Below are positions 14,329 to 27,369 of a stretch of 64,000 nucleotides of DNA, piece after piece (position 1 is the stretch's first letter; every line of letters begins with the position of its first letter). The notes beneath the pieces are model-generated. The model searched no databases and had not been told where the DNA came from. It saw only the letters and a list, made by a program, of their open reading frames with translations. The DNA lies in NCBI GenBank assembly GCA_965655095.1, contig OZ296649.1, forward strand, positions 11,780,001 to 11,844,000, in the 5' to 3' direction. The position numbers and the translations under genes were made by a program. This DNA comes from Haplodiscus bocki. Lineage: Eukaryota.

Positions 14329-15933
14329 GTGCACGCAATTTACAAATCTCAAGTACCTTCCAAGAAGCTGCTTGCTGAAGCTAGTTACTAGTTAAAGTAA
14401 ACAAACAGGTATTTGCAAAAACTTTATCAAGCAGAAACGAACCATGCTGCTCAGCTGAGAATCTGCTAGGGGGAAATAATAGTTTTGTCAGTAGGGCTGG
14501 GGGAGATAACGGAAAAGACCGAATGCGTTTTTGGCCAATTTTTCCATTCTTTTGTGACTTTCGTAAATTTAAAAATTTATTAAAAGAATTTTACTTAATC
14601 ATTAGATGCCCCTGATGTTTCTGCGACAGCTGAGATCATCTGCTGGCGGAAAAGTTTTCGTAAACGATTCCAAAATTCATCTTGAATCTACTAAATTGGG
14701 AAATCAATGTATTAAAATAGGATGTTATAATTATACTTTTACTTTTTGCAATGTCTTCTAAAAATTCAAAGTTGTGAAAAAAGTGATAATAAAAGCTCTG
14801 GGGAATAACCAAATCTAACAAATTATGTTAATTGTTTCTTGCTTTTTGGCGTTATTGTCAAGATTTTCTACGAAAACTGCCAAAATTAGTCAATATTCGC
14901 AATGCTTGCATAGTTTATTTGCTCAATGTTGGGACGCAATTTTTTACCTCTCTGAAGTACTTGTTTTGGCAAATAAAATAACCATGTGGTAGCCTTTTTA
15001 ATCATCTTTCGCAGAGTTCCTTTGTTTACTCTGATCTCCTATTATTTACTTCTCCACTTAAGATTTTGTAAAGCGTATCAAAATTGCTGAATCGCATTAA
15101 TTAAAATCACTACTGTAGATCAATGCAGTCCGGAAAAAAATCTACTCATTTTTTTTCAAATTATACTCCTGCCAAGCAGGTATCTGAAAGTTCGACGTTT
15201 TTATAGTAATGTTTTCCGGATAATGTAGGAAAATGTGCAACTTTTGCTTCCAGAAGAAAATGCCAATTTTGAGTAGTCGAATTAGGATAAGTTGATTGCA
15301 ACTAGATCATTAGTGCTGAAGAAAATCACTTTCAGGAATCAATGAAAACATCATTCCCATAAAATAAGAATCCAAATTTCGAAGTTTAAAAAGAAATAAT
15401 TTCCTAAACATGAACAGAAACGGAGTTCAGTAGCTCTCAGCGAACTTTAGGAAACGCTTGTAGCTGAATAAATAGTGCTCGAGAGAGTGATCACCCCATT
15501 GAAGCCCCAAATTAGAAAATCAAACAATCTTTTTCGCACATTAGGTTTTTACTTTGCCTCGACGTCGAAGTAATCGACAGTTAGAATTTTCCTGCGCTTT
15601 ATGTTTTCGAAGATAATCTCTTTGACTTTTCTTCTATTAACTAATGGAATAGCTTCTTTCCCACAACAGAGGTAACAGCCACAGCCCGAAGTTAAAATTT
15701 CTTTTCTCTTCCTAGTAAGATAGAATTTTCTCAGAGATATATTTTATCCTCAACTTAACTGAGACTGCACTCAATTTGCTTCGAATATACGTGAAACCAA
15801 AGTCTAGCGTTTTGCAGGCTCTATTCCACTCCCAGGACCTGACTTCATAGGAAAACTTAGTTTCCTAGAATAAGTGTGATTGATAAAATCAAACAGCTCC
15901 CCAACTCTAAAACGAAGGGAGTAGCATCTGTAC

Positions 15934-15988
15934 TTAACTCAGTGGTTATAGACAGTTTTAGAAAAACTGTCTATAACCACTCAGTTAA
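15934..15988. repeat. Near-perfect hairpin (~26-bp stem); possible minimal MITE remnant
   Basis: TTAACTCAGTGGTTATAGACAGTTTT-AGA-AAAACTGTCTATAACCACTCAGTTAA, with one mismatch. Confidence 0.8.
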
Positions 15989-16386
15989 ATTCCAGAAGCT
16001 CGGGAAAAGAATGTTTGCTACGGAACACTCATTAGGGGTCTTGCACCTTATTGTCCCAAATGACATGCCTTATCCAAGAAAGACTCATGTTTTCCTATCT
16101 TCCCAAAGTGGTCCTAAATTTAACACCAGTAAACTTTGAACTTGTCGTTTATAGTTACATTTCATTGCGACTTTGTTAAAAAGATTATGTTTCTGATTTT
16201 TTGTCTTGCCCTTCAGTAATTTTTGTGTTCATAACATAGCTATTCCTAATTTAAATACTTCAATCTAGAAACCTAGTTTCTCCCGATACGCTAAAATTAA
16301 GTCCTTCCTTTCGAACTGACACCTGAGGTGACCTTTGTTGAAGCGTACGAGGGCACCGTCGCAAAATTGCAAATGCCAGATTTCTT

Positions 16387-17248
16387 CCTTAGACTGAAAA
16401 TTTAGCATTTCTTGCAAGAATCTTACAAGATGTCTTGCAAGATCTTGCAAGACAATGCATTATTCTTGCAGACATCTTTCAAGAATCTTGGAAGAATTGC
16501 TTCATTCTTGCAAGTTTCTTGCAAGATTTTAAGGGTTCTTGCAAGTATCTTGCAAGATTTGAAGGGTTCTTGCATGATTCTTGCAAGAATCGCTTTATTC
16601 TTTCAAGTTTCTTGCGAGAATTGCCTTGAGCTCTCAGGGTTTTTTATCGCACAAAACGTATCAAATACTTTCCTAACTTATGTGTTTTCCTCTACAAAAA
16701 TGTAGTAAGAGTCTAACAGTCTATTCAGAACCAAGACTTTCGCATCGGTTTAGAAAACAACCGGAATGATCTTATCTACAAAGACGAGATAAAGTAACTT
16801 TGGACAAAAATTGTTTCATTCTGTATTCTTGTTCAGACAAATTAAGCCACTACAAAACATGTGTTTTTAGAAAATTCCTTATCTCTAATGCTTTTAAAGA
16901 TGTTCGATTACAAAATACGTTCAACAGGTGTAAAGTTCATCAAATTTTACCTCTAACGGTTGATTATGCTTGCTTTTTGGTGAAATGCATAAATTATCAG
17001 AACGTAATGTGTATACAGATGAATTATTTCTTGCTTCTTGCAAGATCTTGCAAGATTCTTGTGATAGAGCACAAATTCTTGCAAGAATCTTGCAAGATTT
17101 TCCTTCTTGAGATAGAGCACCGTTTCTTGCAAGAACTTTGCAAGAATCTTGCAAAAAAGCCATTGCATCCAAGAATCTTGCATGAATTGAACTTTTTCGC
17201 AAGAAACTTGCAATATCTTGCAAAAAATAAATTTTTTGTCAACTATGG
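16387..17248. mobile_element. Foldback/MITE-like element with terminal clusters of the palindrome TCTTGCAAGA
   Basis: Two clusters of (T)CTTGCAAG(A) repeats at ~16410-16620 and ~17030-17225 around a unique core. Ends are degenerate inverted repeats (CCTTAGACTGAAAATTT / TTTGTCAACTATGG); no clear TSD. Confidence 0.55.
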
Positions 17249-17320
17249 TTTACTCAGGTGCGAAGCGGTGTTTTGCAACACTTGTTTTAACGGAAGATTA
17301 TTGAACAAATTGAACAAGTA

Positions 17321-17505
17321 ACATATTTTTGATAGCGCCACGGTACTACAAAAACGGTTATATAACAATGAAACAGAAAATTAAATTTAGTTTATTTTTT
17401 CAAACTTTTAGACATATTTTTGATAGCGCCACGGTACTACAAAAACGGTTATATAACAATGAAACAGAAAATTAAATTTAGTTTATTTTTTCAAACTTTT
17501 AGACA
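17321..17505. repeat. Perfect 91-bp direct tandem duplication
   Basis: ACATATTTTTGATAGCGCCACGGTACTAC...CAAACTTTTAG starts at 17321 and again at 17412. Confidence 0.95.
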
Positions 17506-19278
17506 ATTGCAACAAGTACGAACGGCTTTGAGAATAGTCTGGCTTTATATTCAAAACAAACACGCACGCTGCAAAATGGCCCACGTCAAAAATTTTTGCA
17601 GCTATGCCAGAATGATTGAACAAACCTTTGCAAGAAAACCAAAACGCGTGAACAAAATATAGAAACATTCGAATCGAATATCAGAACAAAATGCGAGTTG
17701 CGAAAAGATCGAAAAATGAAGTGTCAAAAGCCTGTCGTATGACACCTGCTTGCGCAAGTGTTATGATTCATACTAAGAGACTGGAATTTTTTCAGTTTCT
17801 CACACCATTTCCAAGTAAATTCACCCCATGTCTATTACTTCACAGTAAAAACAAGTTTGATATCTAATGAACTCGTAGAAAAGCTCTTTTTCAAGCAAAG
17901 TTTTCGCATCGAGAACCCGCTTCTATCAATAAATGTGAATATAAATATGAATGACAGGAGGAAAATTGAAAGTTTTATATTTGCCCGCTTTCACGGCTAC
18001 TTTTTTGCTCCGTCCGTATGATAGTACGGATAGTACCGATTTCCTCAGTTCAGAAGAGGTCGCAAAATGTCGTTTGAGGAAGAGTTGCTAAAAAATCGAG
18101 TAACACTATCAGTAGTATAGGAAGGGGTGTTTAGAGCCATTTATGACTCTTTCCATATTAGGACGTGCCATTACAGCCACTTACCGCTCCTCAATCTTAA
18201 TACGTTACCAACTACTAGTTTATCCTAATCACAGCTTTGGCAGCTTATCTAGTTCAACTTTCTAGTTCAACAGATGTCAAACAATGAAGTTAAGAATTCG
18301 CTGTGGTTCAAATGTCAATTAATATACCAATACTGAAGGAAATGTTAAAACCTCATCGTCTTCTATATTATTTCCGTATTGGAAACCAAAGTTTACCGGA
18401 TCGAATCTGAAGAACTTGACCAATTTGAAATCAAAGCGCATTTTGCCTCGCAAAATACGAAGATTGAACTGCAAAATAGAAAAAAAAATGAGAAAACGTT
18501 CACCGGTTGAAACAAATTATGGTAGGAAACTCTTCTGCCGGATTGATAGACCAACTTTTCAATCGGTTCGAGATTTTTACCGATCCGTTTTCATTGCCAC
18601 TATCACCACGCGTAATAACTAAAGCAGACGCGTGAATATGGCGGCCGATTTGGCATACTCGCTCGCCGACTTCCTTCGGCAGGATCGTCGTGACGTCATC
18701 GCGAAAACACAATCACTGTTTCATTAACTAGAGTTTTGTTGGCTCGCTATTTTCATTTGCTGACTTCAGTCGTTCGGTAATGACCTGAAAAACAATTTGA
18801 TAGGTTTGGAAGCCGAGACACGGCCCACTCTCCATTTAATATAGGATTCTATGAAAACTGAACGAAACTAGTATACACAGCATTTTCAAAGTGAATTTCG
18901 ACAAGGACATTTAGTATAAACTAACGATACCTGAACGTTGTAAGAATCCCATAATCTTTTTCAAGGTTCCTCAGAAAGATAATCCCGTGTGACGAATGCC
19001 AATAAATTTTCACATCGAAACGCACTTTGTATCAGCAAACTCACAAAAAACACATTAAAGAGCCAACCTTGAATCTGCGTTATTTCGTATGTAGTCATTG
19101 CGACCAGAAAATCTTTTCTTCGTTCAAATTTCTTCTCCACATTCAAACGATTCATGATTGAACTGGAAAAATCAAATGTCTCTCTTTTTCAGTTGTATTC
19201 GGAAGCGAAGATTTGCTCGAACCTCTTGAAACATAAATCCATTTACCAGCCTCCGCTTGTGCTATCTTTCGACGCGCT

Positions 19279-22200
19279 GTGTCCGATCAAAACCTGCAAA
19301 CTTTTTACGTTCAAACTTGGATCAAAGATACACTCCATGTTTTCCGAACAAACCTCAAACGAAAAAACGTGGAGCCTTTCCATTTTCTAACCTCCGGTGA
19401 GGAGAGTATCATATCGTTTATCAACGAAAAACTGTCATTACTAGGGTCGAACAGAGGAGAGATAACTAAACTTGTTAAACTGTGCAAATTGTTGGAAGAG
19501 GAACGTGTTAGTGTGTACTGTCATTCAGCAAAGAGCGTGTTGAGCGTGAGATTTAATCCGAGACAATTTTATCAACATGATTGATGCAATATTTATTTTC
19601 ACAATTAAATGTGTGTTGCTCTGGTCGCGCAGGATGGGCGGTGGAAACCCTAAAAACGTTGGATATTAGATTAGCTGGCCTCTTCAAAGGAACAGCTTCA
19701 TCTTCTATGGAGACCCCCGATGAACTGATAAACGTAGACCGACGTTTGCTCAACATAAAGAATAAAGATGATTTCTGCTTTCTTTACTCCGTATCTGCAG
19801 GCATTTTTCCTCACAAAAAGCATGTTGAACGACCGTCTACTTATACGCCGTACATGAACCTGCTTGTCTGTAAGCTATCTGATTTTCCAACGAGTTTGAC
19901 CAAAGCTCCAAGTTTTGAGAATCTGAATAACGTTTCCTTCGCCTTGTTCTGAATAGCTTGCCTTGTTTATCGATTCGAACAAGGCAAGCTGCTGATTGTT
20001 TTTCAAAGCAAAAAACGAAAACACAAACGAAAAGTGAAACTGTTGCTGCTTGCTGACCATGACAAAAGTCACCATTGCTTGATAAGGAAGTTTTTGGACT
20101 GTATGCAACATCTGACTCCATCTTCGTCGAAAAAAAGTTGAAGGGGCAAGAAGTAGATGTCGCGGCAACTATATGCCATCAATTGCGGAACACAACTTCA
20201 GCAATCACGTTCACTTTTCTGAGCACCACAAACCACTGAAGGTAAAAATGCCAGACAACAACAAATGGCTGACTTTCGAAAATTGGCAGAAAATGCAACT
20301 AAATCTTTTGCTATTTATGCAGATCTAGAGGCAATTGATGTGGCTTCTGATGGTGCTGGTGAAAACAATAACGCAACCACAACAGAAATTGAACAACAAT
20401 GTCCTGCTATCTTTGGAGCTATAACTGGTTAACTCCAATTAAAAGTGTTTTGCTCAGCTTGTCGGACCTAGATGATGGATTATCTGAGCTGCTATTTTTG
20501 GAAGCAAATCATTTACTGGGTTATTTGAAGTTTTACGCTTTTTTGTTTCAGCACGATCAATTGAGGAGTCGGCCTTTTATCGAGGAACAGATTGTATTTC
20601 AAAGCCTATGCAAAATCCCCGTTGATGGTTGAAATGGGTGTACAGAGAAAAACAAATCTTTAGGCGGCTTCAACTTTCTGCGTTGATTGTCATATATATT
20701 TACCGCCAATGAAAATCAATTGTTGCATGTGTGGAGATTCATTTATTCAATCCGAGAGTGTTAGTCGACACTGTCTTTTAACGCACGAAATCTTTGGAGT
20801 GGCTCATTCCTCCTGCAACTGAAACGCGAGATCAACAAATTATCTGCTGAAATTTTTGCATAAGCTTTCACGTTACGATGCTCATCACAATATCACAAAT
20901 CTGACTCCTGAAAACTTTTCTGCCATTTCGGGAACCGAAGAAAGGTAAAATTCTTCTAGCGTTTCTGTTCATGTCGCGTCTTATTGTACAAGGAACCATA
21001 CAGGTTTAACAATTACAAACAATCTCAGATTTCTCGATGGTTTCAAGTTCATGTCTCAAAGTTCAGACTCTCTTGCAAAAAAATTGAAAACTCATGATTT
21101 TTTTAAGACATTTTTTTCATCAACACGTCCAACAGTCATTTGGAAGCTACTTACTCAAAAAAGCTATTTTGCCTGCATATATTTGAACTCGTTCCCAAAG
21201 AGGTTTTTTAAAGTTATGTAGACAACTGGAAGAACACCTTGATTGTGAAAATTGACATTTCCAAAGCAGACGTTGGTTAAGTCTTCAAAATTTACACTTT
21301 GTTCGGTTGTCGCTACTTGGGCGATTACTATGATGGGTACTTATGGACCGATGTCTTAATTCTGGCTCATGTTTTTCGGAAATTCCTGCAAGTTTATAAG
21401 GAAGTTTATCACTTAGATTCAGTTCACTTCTTCTCAGCCCGCACCCTGAGCTGGGACGCAATGCTATTTACTACTCGCGTTGATTTCAGTCCCTCGAGTG
21501 ATTTTGACATGTTGCTGTTTTTCGAGAGAGGAATTCGTGGAGCTATTAAGGGAATTGGTGAGCTGCGCCAATTTCAAGCTAACAGTAGAGATTTGCATGA
21601 CTTTGATGAATCAAAGGCGGATAATTACGGTGCGTTCTTTGATGTCACTTCTTTTTATGCCAGTACCTAGCAAAAGCTTTATTGTGGATAGTTAAGAGTA
21701 GAATGAAACAATCACAATGACAGAAATCTTTGCTACAAGGGACAATTCAGTTGTTGCATTTTTGTAGAAATCGATATCACCTATCCGTCTTCTTTGCATG
21801 AGTCTCACAATGATTGCCTCTGGCGCCCGAAAAGTTAATAATTCAGAAGTCATGGTTGTCACCCTATACACAATCTTTCAATCTCAAATTACCAACTGAC
21901 GGTCGAGAAAAGATAGTTGCGACATTATTGAATAAATGTCATTACGTTTGCCATTACCGAAACCTTAAATGTTACGTCAACTGTGGTCTCAAAATTCAAA
22001 GGCTTCATTGTGTCATTCAGTTTCGTCAAAACAAATGCCCGGATCATTACTTTTCGAAAAACACTATAACGAGGAAACAAGCCACCAATGATTTTGAGGA
22101 AAATTTCTATAAAGTTTTGAGCATTGCTTGTTTGGGAAAATCTATGGAAAACTTGATAAAAAGAAAAAAAACTTTTTTGTTAACAACGAAAAACAAGTTT

Positions 22201-22880
22201 AGAAATTGTTGTTAAAACCTACCTTCAAACCTTATCAAACTTTTCATAATAGCTTAGTTTCCGTTTCTTTCATCTCGAACAAAATTGTTTGGTCAAAACC
22301 TACCCGTGTGGGAGATTCCATATTTGATTTGTCTATACCGAGCCTCTACAATTTTGACAAGAATGAAATGAAACCACCTTTTGTTGACGAAATGAAAGTA
22401 TGTTACCAGGAACCGAACTCACTTTTGTATGGAGTCAAGAATGAAAACCTGTACTCAGAAATGGCCACCTTGAAGCGTTTCTTGGCCTTGTCAGGTTACC
22501 CCGAAAAACCTTTTTCGCATGACAAAACGAATAATAAGATTCCGGTTGAGATGAGAGATAGATCGCAAGCGAAAGTATTGAGTGAAACTGTTTGCCTCCC
22601 AAACTTGAGTGTTCAATTTGAAGGCAGTGTCAAAAAGTGCAAAAGGCGTACAAAAAGTGTCAAAAAAGCCCGAAATCACGAATTGTTCACAGACAAGGTT
22701 GCTGAGCAAAGATTAAAGGAAAACTGAAACTGGTTATGGCTCAACTATGATGATCCAAAATCATCAAATTCTTGTCAATTCTGTGCACAAAGTTGAACTG
22801 AGCAGTTATGATGACAAACGGTAACTACACAATGATGGCATTCGTTCACTCGCATACGGACACTACAAAACTGAGTGCGA
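19279..22880 (+). pseudogene. Protein-primed B-family DNA polymerase (pPolB) with endonuclease-VII-like insertion
   Basis: Frameshifted motifs in order: GRAGW..NIKNKDDFCF..HVERPSTY; IYADLEA (Exo I); CCMCG..RHCLLT..GVAHSSCN (EndoVII-like); LHKLSRYDAH; LRFLDGFKFM; YLWTDVLILAHVF; DVTSFY; PLAPE; YKVLSIACLGKSMEN; KPTRVG..IFDLS; YQEPNS (decayed YTDTDS); SSYDDKR..DGIRSLAYGHY. Confidence 0.93.
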
Positions 22881-23689
22881 GCCATGTAGCAGTGGTTTTC
22901 CTCCTCTTCACATTGGCTGGGAACGTTCACAATAAAAAACTCTGATAATTTTTTCTTTGTATTTTTCAGAATCTGACGCTTCGTCACTTTTCAGTCATAG
23001 CTACGATGAAAGTTCCTGCTACTCAAACAATGCTCCAAATGACACGGATGTAGATTACAACCAACGCTCAACTCCGCCAACTTCACACTCTTTCCTGCAA
23101 GATTAGGAATGTTTTTTGTTAAAAAGCTTGAATTGCTTTTTTTATCATTGGTTCTCAATTATCTGGATTTCAAAAAAGTCGATAGTTCCAGCGCTTTTTG
23201 ACACCGGTTTCTACCAACCTCACTATTCAAACGTCGATAATGAAAAGCATTGCATTGGATGGGAACGCTTCGATTACTTGATCGCAGAGGCTGAAGAGGT
23301 TGAACTCAGCAATACATGTCCATTCATAGACGGAGAAGTTTGGGCCGATTGAAGATGATGTTCAGGAAAAATTTCCTGATTATACTAGTAAGGATAAATT
23401 TTCAGCGACCGCGAAAAAAAAATGTAAACTTGTTCTGTATAGTGATAGCAGTGTCACTGACAATTTGAACTGAGTATGCAAAACTACTAGTTGTTATTAC
23501 TCTGTGTATAACAAACATTATATCCAAAACTGCATATACAGTGCATTTTGAATTAACAAAAAAGTCAATCTTGGGAACAGATGTTTCTTTGTAAAGGGAA
23601 CGGCTGCTAAAAAAGGGTTTTTTTTGATGTGGAGCTTTTCCTTCTTTTTCAGAAAAACCTAGAGACGTTCTCAGCGAAGCGAATTTCGT

Positions 23690-24133
23690 TTAATTAGTGG
23701 ATCATAAACAAACAGCACAGTTCGCATAGGTTAGAACTAAGTTTTGCATAAGGAAAACTATCTCAAATGATCTGATTGTTCTCGATGAAAGAGCAGCTTG
23801 TCGTTTTTGTTTTTTTTGTAGCTTTTGAAGGGCTGACCCAAAATATCACATAGGAAAATCAATATTATTGCATCTTATAGATCTTACAGCCTGCTTTGTT
23901 GAAGGATCCAACAAAATGCGTGACAATCAAAAGCCAATGCTCTCCCGCTGGTGTCTGGGTTGAAACTCTTTTCAATATGATAGAAATTTTTGGCCAGTTG
24001 TGACGGTCGAGTCTTTTACATTATCGAAGTTTCGATCCGAAAGAAAGTTTTCAGACAAAATCATATCAAATTTTTGTTTGAAAAGAATGGGAGAGCAGTT
24101 ATCCGCCATTTGAATTCAAGTGGAGCTATCCAT
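23690..24133 (-). pseudogene. Polinton cysteine (adenain-like) maturation protease
   Basis: Minus-strand fragments STQTPAGEHWLLIV (catalytic His), FLCDILGQPFKSY (Asp) and MQNLSSNLCELCCLF (Q...C), immediately downstream of MCP. Confidence 0.75.
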
Positions 24134-24134
24134 T

Positions 24135-25500
24135 GACCAAAAGCGAAATCTTTGCAACATTTCGAGAACTGTCAATAAAAACATGACTGAATTTTTCTCG
24201 AAGTAGAAATAACTCGATTGCCTCAAGCTGCTGAAAGATAATTTCAAAGTTAATCCTGTTCTCGTCCATTTGGGAAAAAGTTTCAAACATTTGCTGGCTT
24301 CTCTTGTTGATAGGTCGAATACTAGGTGGAAATCTTTATACTGATAGTCTTATAAGGTAAAGCCGTTGCGCCGCTTTTGAATCACAAAGCTGTTTTGGTA
24401 ATAAAAAACAGTCGGGTGTTGTTCGATGTATCCAATGGCGTTGCTGCAATACGCAAACCGTTTTTTCACAGCACCTCGACCTTTTGCAAGTCAACTTTTT
24501 CATAACTAAAGGGCGCTAAAGCAGTCGTTGTTCCGTGGAAATAACAATTCCGAACCATCCACATTGTTAAGCGACGAATGGATTAAGTGCCGAAATTGTT
24601 CTTTTAAAAATTTTTCTGTCCGGATTGTATGATAAAACTTTTTGTTGAACTTTCTATGTACCGATTTACTGCACAACGCTTCTTGAGCACCCGTTCAATG
24701 CTAAGTTTCAAGAGATACGACAATCTTGTTTCTAACAAGGGACGCTTCCTCAATTATCACTACGGGGAGTTTTTTATCAGAACTTTTACATGCATCTGCT
24801 TCCAATTCGGTCCAAGTTTCCAACACGCAATCTTTGGGCGAGCAATAGAAGCGCAAGTGAAGTGTCGCGACTGGCAATAGTAACCGCTGGCAATCCAATA
24901 ACTCGACATGTGGAGCTCAATACAGCTAAAGTGAGCAGCTACCTAAATCAGCTATTTTTTTCAAGATTTTATTTTATTTTTTACTTCTAGATTCCTGTCT
25001 TTGTTAAGTCGATAACGGTAGCCCATAGAAACCGTCCATGTCTAAATGCTGAGGGGGTCTGTTATTAGTTATGTTTCGGAAAAAAAGCGGCATGATGGTA
25101 GATGTCGTTGCTACTGGATATCAAATTGCCGTTAAGAAACAATTCAACACTTGAGAACAAAGATTGTAGCGTATTGTTGGATAAAAGTACATTGTCTGGC
25201 GTTGCAGCATCTTTTCTATCTGGGTTTTATAGTTGTACGGCCAATGCCAAACAAATTTGGTTCAAGTCAATGCAGTTTTTTTGTCTGACGTGACGAAAAA
25301 AATTGAGCTGAGACCTTCCGCTACCTACAAGACGAAAAACACCTTGATCGACCGATCCTTCGTAATTTATCAGTACGGACGGTTTTTGAAAGAAGTCAAG
25401 AGCCGTGTGGGTTACGGGATTTTCAATTTTACTGCAGGCTCCAACAATGAGGTTTTGGTGGTACTGCTGGTACTCATCACTCCCTCTTTCGTTTTCTACC
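24135..25500 (-). pseudogene. Polinton major capsid protein (double jelly-roll)
   Basis: Fragments ALDFFQKP, IDL, NNTLQSLFSSVELFLNGNLISSSNDIY, IEEASLVRNK, SIERVL..KSFIIQSGQ..IRRL..PFSY, LVFDLS, IELFLL..VFIDSSRNV match the Polinton MCP pattern. Confidence 0.85.
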
Positions 25501-25559
25501 GCTTGCTAGTCTGGTTCTTCAATAGCTGTAGAACGCCACACCAGAGAGTAAATCGGACT

Positions 25560-26119
25560 GACTTCTCGTAGCAGATTTCTTTCGATTAACAATTTTCGCA
25601 ATTTATTGTCTCGTGTTTGTCGCCCGAACGACGGCCTGCTCGCCGCCTGACGTCTGCCGGGTCCACCAGGGGCCGCTCGCCGCCCGCCCACCTGCTTCAT
25701 CTCGCGCCGCCCGCCACGGCACGGCAATCGGTCCCCCAGTCTCAGGTACACTTGCAATTGGTTTATTTGATGTATATGCGCGAGCATCATCTCTTTTTGA
25801 AGAAGCTATGGCGAAGGAGGTCGAAGCAATGGTTTTTGCAACACTTTTCTCCAGTTTCCCACCGCACAGCCTTTGGTCTTTTTTTACCCGAGATGACGTT
25901 TGACGTTTTTGGCACAAATGCCGCTAATAAATTCTTTGCAAACTCCTTGGCCACAAACAGCACGTATTGTTTTACGAGAGGGATCGCCACGTGGCCAATA
26001 CGCATGGCGAAACCAGTCAGTCCTCCAGTTACATACTGACGCGCAGGCACGCAAAAAGCGACTGCATTATGAGTGCGAATCGTCTTTTGCTTGATTTCAA
26101 TTGCAAAGTGAGCACCCAA
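25560..26119 (-). pseudogene. Small basic amphipathic Polinton protein (adenovirus core/membrane-lytic-like candidate)
   Basis: ARQ..GGLTGFAMRIGHVAIPLVKQYVLFVAKEFAKNLLAAFVP..ISGKKRPK followed by an Arg/Gly-rich tail; located between penton and MCP. Confidence 0.55.
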
Positions 26120-26411
26120 AAATCTGTGTTGTTCTACTTATCTCCGTGTCTGTTTTTCCTAACGGCCACAGTAAAGAAGATAATTTTCTCTGGCTGTCTT
26201 CTGTTATAGGTTGCGATCGGAAAAATCTCGTTACTGTTAGTTGGTTGGATGGATGGATGGAAGCTGCCTACAAGGAGCAAGACTGGTTCATCTAACTTTC
26301 AATTTAGAGAATGGGGAGAACGACAAAATTTAGAAAAAAGCACGCGGAGCTAGGAAGGATGACTGTAGTAACAACAAGTCAAGTAGACAACGTGGGCGAT
26401 CGCTCTGGAAG

Positions 26412-27360
26412 TTATTTTGTTTGTCCAAATTGCAGAGTCATGTTTGTTCCTCTACGAATCAAAAAAGGAATGAGACCACCGGTTTCATTTCGGAGTGCAA
26501 TGGTTGATGAAAGAATTGAAGACATTATCACTCAACTTTTTGGGAATTTTCGATGTCTTTTACTGTCACCGAGTGTTACGGCTCTGAGTAGTGCTGTTCG
26601 TGTATCGTTTTGAAGCAAATCACAGTAAACGAACATAGTGAGACGATTGTTACCTGTTTGCTCGGTTATTTAGCCGCGCCTTTCAACTTTTTTGGTTTTT
26701 TAAAACGTCGGGGACCTTTAAACCGTAACATCCTTCAGGGTGTTTGTTGTCATCATTCGTTTGGCTACAGTCAAATAAGTACTCCAAACCGAGCATAAAT
26801 TTCAAATCTTGGGAAACAGCTGAGTCATAATATTTTTTCATGATTTGAAGTCTCGCTGAACATTAGGTGCAGTAACCGAGATGCTTCGCAAATGTCCCAG
26901 CTTAGCGGCAATTGACTGAAGTTCTAGCCAAGACTGCTGGAGAGTTGTCGCACGCGGATTAGAGGATGGAGTTGACCCAGCTGTAACAGCCTTTCGTTAT
27001 GGAATAAAACTTCTCAGATGAAAATTCTTGTTAAAGCGCAGAACTGTTCCATTTGAACAAGTTCGTGGGAACATACATGGAAACATTCCGTTACGAAAAC
27101 TCGGCCGCTCAACAATAGTTTCCTGTATGGACGTATCACGGTTTCCTTCATCTCGAATAAATTGATTACTGCACAAACTTTCTGTCACGTTTTCAACCAA
27201 GCCGGGCCTTGACAACTCCACCCAGCCAATCTCCCATGTACCTTGGAGCACTATTGACTGTGGCAGTAAGGTTGATATTTCAACAAGCGTGTTATGGTGA
27301 AACATTTGACATGAAAGCGTTAGAGACCAAGGTATTGGTGAAGCTTTGCTGTTTACTCAT
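26412..27360 (-). pseudogene. Polinton minor capsid protein (penton)
   Basis: N-terminus MSKQQSFTNTLVSNA..NTL...LLPQSIVLQGTWEIG; C-terminus MFVYCDLL..ALLRAV..IALRNETGGLIPF..GTNMTLQF*. Confidence 0.85.
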
Positions 27361-27369
27361 CTTTTTACT

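Larger units (their letters stand above)
12984..14520. mobile_element. Mutator-like (MULE) MITE, interrupted by a hAT element
   Basis: TIR GGGTCTTTTCCGTTATC / GATAACGGAAAAGACC. Flanks AAATGCGTT and GAATGCGTT give a ~9-bp TSD. The body is the reverse complement of the ~260-bp MITEs at 36256 and 57219. Confidence 0.85.
12840..15115. mobile_element. Tc1/mariner-superfamily (pogo/Tigger-like) non-autonomous element, host of two nested insertions
   Basis: Perfect 22-bp TIR CAGTAGTGATTTTAATTAATGC (12840-12861 / 15094-15115), flanked by TA on both sides. Confidence 0.9.

Noticed and set aside
16412-17321. QESCK/LQDLAR repeat proteins on both strands
   Set aside because: Artefact of translating the palindromic TCTTGCAAGA repeat.
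25613-26039. Plus-strand GC-rich ORFs in the Polinton
   Set aside because: Shadow frames of the minus-strand basic protein.
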